From: Lepidodermella squamata
Taxonomy: Eukaryota; Animalia; Gastrotricha
Direction: 5' to 3'
Assembly: GCA_047495785.1 (NCBI GenBank)
Contig: JBLDXI010000011.1
Span: 930,001-994,000 of the forward strand
DNA length: 64,000 nt
How positions within the stretch are numbered: the stretch's first letter is position 1; each line of letters begins with the position of its first letter. The notes below the pieces were generated by a model. That model did not search any database. It saw only the letters and a list, made by a program, of their open reading frames with translations, and was not told the origin of the DNA. Positions 62,497-64,000 of this stretch are shown piece by piece. The position numbers were made by a program, and so were the translations under genes.

Positions 62497-64000
62497 AATA
62501 TCTGCGTATCGATTTTCGAATTCTAAGATTTCTTAATACATTTAATTGCTGAGGAGCGTACTCCCAGATTATTTATTCCAATCTCGAACAACTGGTGTCA
62601 TCGCTCACTAAAACCTGCTAACTACCGATTACCAGCTTGGCGAGATGAATCCTGAATCCTTTCTGTTGTTGTCGATTTTCGGCTTGACAACGACGCTATG
62701 GATTGTCGACGTGTCGATAATGGGGTCGTCTTCCAATGTTGCCCTCAATACTTGGACAAGTTTCAATGGAAAGACGAACACTATCATGCCACACGTGGCA
62801 CGAGCTGAAAGCGTGTTGCCAATCACGTGTTGTCTACAACCGATCAAAACAACAACGACGGCTGCTACTGTGAAACCGGACCATACCCAACCTCACCCTC
62901 GAGTGATAGTGGCCAGGACAGCACCGCCAAATGGCGAACATCTGCTCGTTTTCTTCACAACGATTCCGCGAAACCCATTCACAGCACCGGATTCTAGCTC
63001 ACGTAAAAACTTTCTTTGCTTATTTATGATGCTTCTACTCCGAAGTGGAGACATAAACTTAAATCCCGGTCCTGAAAACAAACTGGTTCTATTTACGGAA
63101 ATTACGAAATTAACTCGATCAAATGACTCATATTTTTCTATTCAATGCTTCAATCTGCGAGGACTACGTAGCAAAATATTTTATATGCTCTCATTTCTCG
63201 ATGTTATAAGGCCCGACGTTCTGATGTTTTGTGAAGTGAATATGCCTGACGTTAGCGAAGTAAGCAAAAATAGGCCTAGTGCGATTGCTAGCGACATTGA
63301 AGAAAATTTCCCCTCTCACAAAGGCTACTGGAAACTACGTCCGGCAACGGACAATGTGAATCAGAACGTGGGTGGTGGAGTTGGAATTCTTGTAAGCAAA
63401 TCGTACCTTGTGTTAGATGATGCCTCTATTCCTTGTGCTTACATTGAGAATGTCACTGTTCTTGTAAAGGCTGATAAAGGAGGAACCACTGCTATCACCT
63501 GTGTCTACAGACCAAAATTCACTGAACCAACCGACGATGATTACTTTTTACTTCATGATCTCTTTGCGAAAGTTAAGGCCCGTTTTCCGACTGCTCAAAA
63601 TAACGTTTTTGGGGGTGATTTTAACCTAAATCTCATGAATATTGACAATGAACACGACTTCAAGGGAGTTATCAGCCCGCTGGGACTAGAATTGAGCTTT
63701 ACAAGAACAATAACTAGGCCAGCTTCGAATACAATGCTCGACTACTTTTGTACAAATTTTAGTTCGAAAAAAATCGCGCTCACAGGAGCGACCGAAGGAG
63801 TTAGCGATCATCGAGGAATCGCCATGGTGGTAACAACAGAAAAACCAACGATTGCTGAGCAATTGAATTCCCTCGGCAAGGATTACTCAAAACTAAACAA
63901 ATACCGATTTGTGGACGGGCTGCGCAAACGACTAAACTACCCCTTTTCATCAGACAAGAGCGCTGAACAACTTCTTGAAGAATTGAATAGGGCGATTGTT
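62497..64000 (+). mobile_element. 5' part of a CR1/L2-group-like LINE
   Basis: Uninterrupted ORF encoding an APE endonuclease; a 33-bp 5' motif is shared with 13760-13792. Confidence 0.85.
62645..64000 (+). CDS. LINE ORF (3'-partial): hydrophobic leader, 2A-like motif, APE endonuclease
   Basis: Hand-translated; absent from the track because it runs off the window. MNPESFLLLSIFGL...LLLRSGDINLNPGP...FNLRGL..PDVLMFCE..GGGVGILV..CVYRP..GGDFN..TR...LDYF..SDH. Confidence 0.9.
   Translation, partial: MNPESFLLLSIFGLTTTLWIVDVSIMGSSSNVALNTWTSFNGKTNTIMPHVARAESVLPITCCLQPIKTTTTAATVKPDHTQPHPRVIVARTAPPNGEHLLVFFTTIPRNPFTAPDSSSRKNFLCLFMMLLLRSGDINLNPGPENKLVLFTEITKLTRSNDSYFSIQCFNLRGLRSKIFYMLSFLDVIRPDVLMFCEVNMPDVSEVSKNRPSAIASDIEENFPSHKGYWKLRPATDNVNQNVGGGVGILVSKSYLVLDDASIPCAYIENVTVLVKADKGGTTAITCVYRPKFTEPTDDDYFLLHDLFAKVKARFPTAQNNVFGGDFNLNLMNIDNEHDFKGVISPLGLELSFTRTITRPASNTMLDYFCTNFSSKKIALTGATEGVSDHRGIAMVVTTEKPTIAEQLNSLGKDYSKLNKYRFVDGLRKRLNYPFSSDKSAEQLLEELNRAIV

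Overview
Repeat-dense eukaryotic (invertebrate metazoan-like) DNA: GT-AG introns, an interstitial (TTAGGG)5, and no prokaryotic operons, rRNA or CRISPR. The first ~34 kb is a mosaic of nested DNA transposons and MITEs (hAT-, Mutator-, Tc1/pogo-, Harbinger-, P- and CMC-like, most with readable TSDs) plus a tRNA-derived SINE. It includes a triple-nested insertion later split by an inversion. From ~34.1 to ~62.5 kb lies a large imperfect palindrome made of two ~9-10 kb units. Each unit is bounded by ~0.7-1 kb inverted repeats (repeat A) and carries a dead FLYWCH-MULE transposon plus an intact 3-exon gene for a ~206-aa secreted Cys/Thr-rich protein, whose two copies differ only at synonymous sites. 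The bounding repeats are homogenised within each unit rather than between mirror positions. The window ends in a LINE ORF with a hydrophobic leader, a 2A-like motif (SGDINLNPGP) and an APE endonuclease. All alignments were done by eye, superfamily calls rest on termini, TSD length and motifs, and boundaries may be off by a few bases.
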